Positions 63,340-64,000 of a stretch of 64,000 nt of DNA are shown here, piece after piece (the first letter of the stretch is position 1; each line of letters starts with the position of its first letter). The position numbers were made by a program, and so were the translations under genes. Source of the DNA: Escherichia phage skuden. The stretch lies in sequence record MN850585.1; one strand, given 5' to 3'. Under the pieces are notes generated by a model. It saw only the letters and a program-made list of their open reading frames with translations. It did no database searches and was not told the origin of the DNA.

Positions 63340-63825
63340 TCACTCTGCTCGCCATTGACAATCACCTTGCCACCCATACTCTTTTCTCCAGAGGTTTTGG
63401 TTATCAGAACCACGATATGGTTTAACTGTTGGTTTAGATGAATCATACTTACCATCAATCACCACGTCAACATATTTCATCACATCTAGGTGGATTTTTT
63501 CGTGTAACTGAAAACCTGTCCAGAGCCAGATAGATTTTTCTGGGTAAACAGTTTTAATACGTTTACATATGTTGGTGACCTCTTGAATGTTTCTATCATC
63601 AAGAGGCTCTCCACCAAGTATTGACAACCCACTAATGGCCTTATCATCCATTAACTTAATGATGCCGTAGAGGTTTGCATAAGTAAACTCTTTACCAGCA
63701 TTAAACTTCCAAGACTCCCTGTTAAAGCAGCCTTCACAGTGATGTTTACAACCAGCTACGAAGAGGCTTACACGAACCCCTTCACCATTAGCTGTGTCAA
63801 ATGGTCGAATCTCCATGTAATTCAT
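63340..63825 (-). CDS. nrdG: anaerobic ribonucleotide reductase activating protein (radical SAM)
   Basis: 161 aa; Cys cluster CKHHCEGCFN, ILGGEPL, WLWTGF match NrdG as recalled. Confidence 0.85.
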   Translation of the reverse strand: MNYMEIRPFDTANGEGVRVSLFVAGCKHHCEGCFNRESWKFNAGKEFTYANLYGIIKLMDDKAISGLSILGGEPLDDRNIQEVTNICKRIKTVYPEKSIWLWTGFQLHEKIHLDVMKYVDVVIDGKYDSSKPTVKPYRGSDNQNLWRKEYGWQGDCQWRAE

Positions 63826-64000
63826 CTAGTTACCTCACCAATATTATTTAATTGTTTTACTCATTCAAACACTACCTGACAAGGAACCTGTTTAGTAATA
63901 AACTCCTCACAGTGCTCTTTAATGAAGTTTTGTAATGGAACACAGTCTTGTGCACAAGTCATTAGCATGATGTACTCTGGATTCATAATATTTTCAATGG

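Noticed and set aside
63861-63986. 41-codon Cys-rich minus-strand ORF at the window edge
   Set aside because: Below the size where coding can be judged without comparative data; upstream context is cut off by the window end.

Overview
This 64-kb window looks like part of an AT-rich, virulent contractile-tailed phage genome; almost all of it is phage-coding. Everything below is hand analysis of the sequence and the ORF track; no database search or folding program was run. Layout: (1) 1-2950, plus-strand early genes ending in dihydrofolate reductase and thymidylate synthase. (2) 2956-26622, a minus-strand structural block: two tail fibres with His-rich C-termini, baseplate, tape measure, tail tube and sheath, neck proteins, major capsid, decoration protein, S49 prohead protease, portal and large terminase. 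(3) 26845-31675, a minus-strand cluster of about 26 tRNA genes interrupted by two protein genes and several non-tRNA structured spacers, followed upstream by a vWA-domain protein. (4) 33959-41162, plus-strand small genes including an Ig-repeat protein and a GH24 endolysin. (5) 41163-42914, an ORF-free, repeat-dense region where the two transcription directions converge. (6) 42915-49348, a minus-strand array of 16 small genes, most preceded by one of two conserved upstream cassette families. (7) 49856-63825, minus-strand accessory genes: macro-domain protein, overlapping spanin pair, HAD phosphatase, lytic transglycosylase, rIIB, rIIA, NadV, an HNH-AP2 homing endonuclease, PRPP synthetase, a second HNH endonuclease and NrdG. 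The most interesting candidates are the cassette-organised small-gene array, the repeat-dense non-coding region, the NadV+Prs NAD+ salvage pair with a macro-domain protein nearby, and atypical elements in the tRNA cluster next to a possibly Ro60-like vWA protein. Gene content resembles Felix O1-like myoviruses, but that is an inference from memory.
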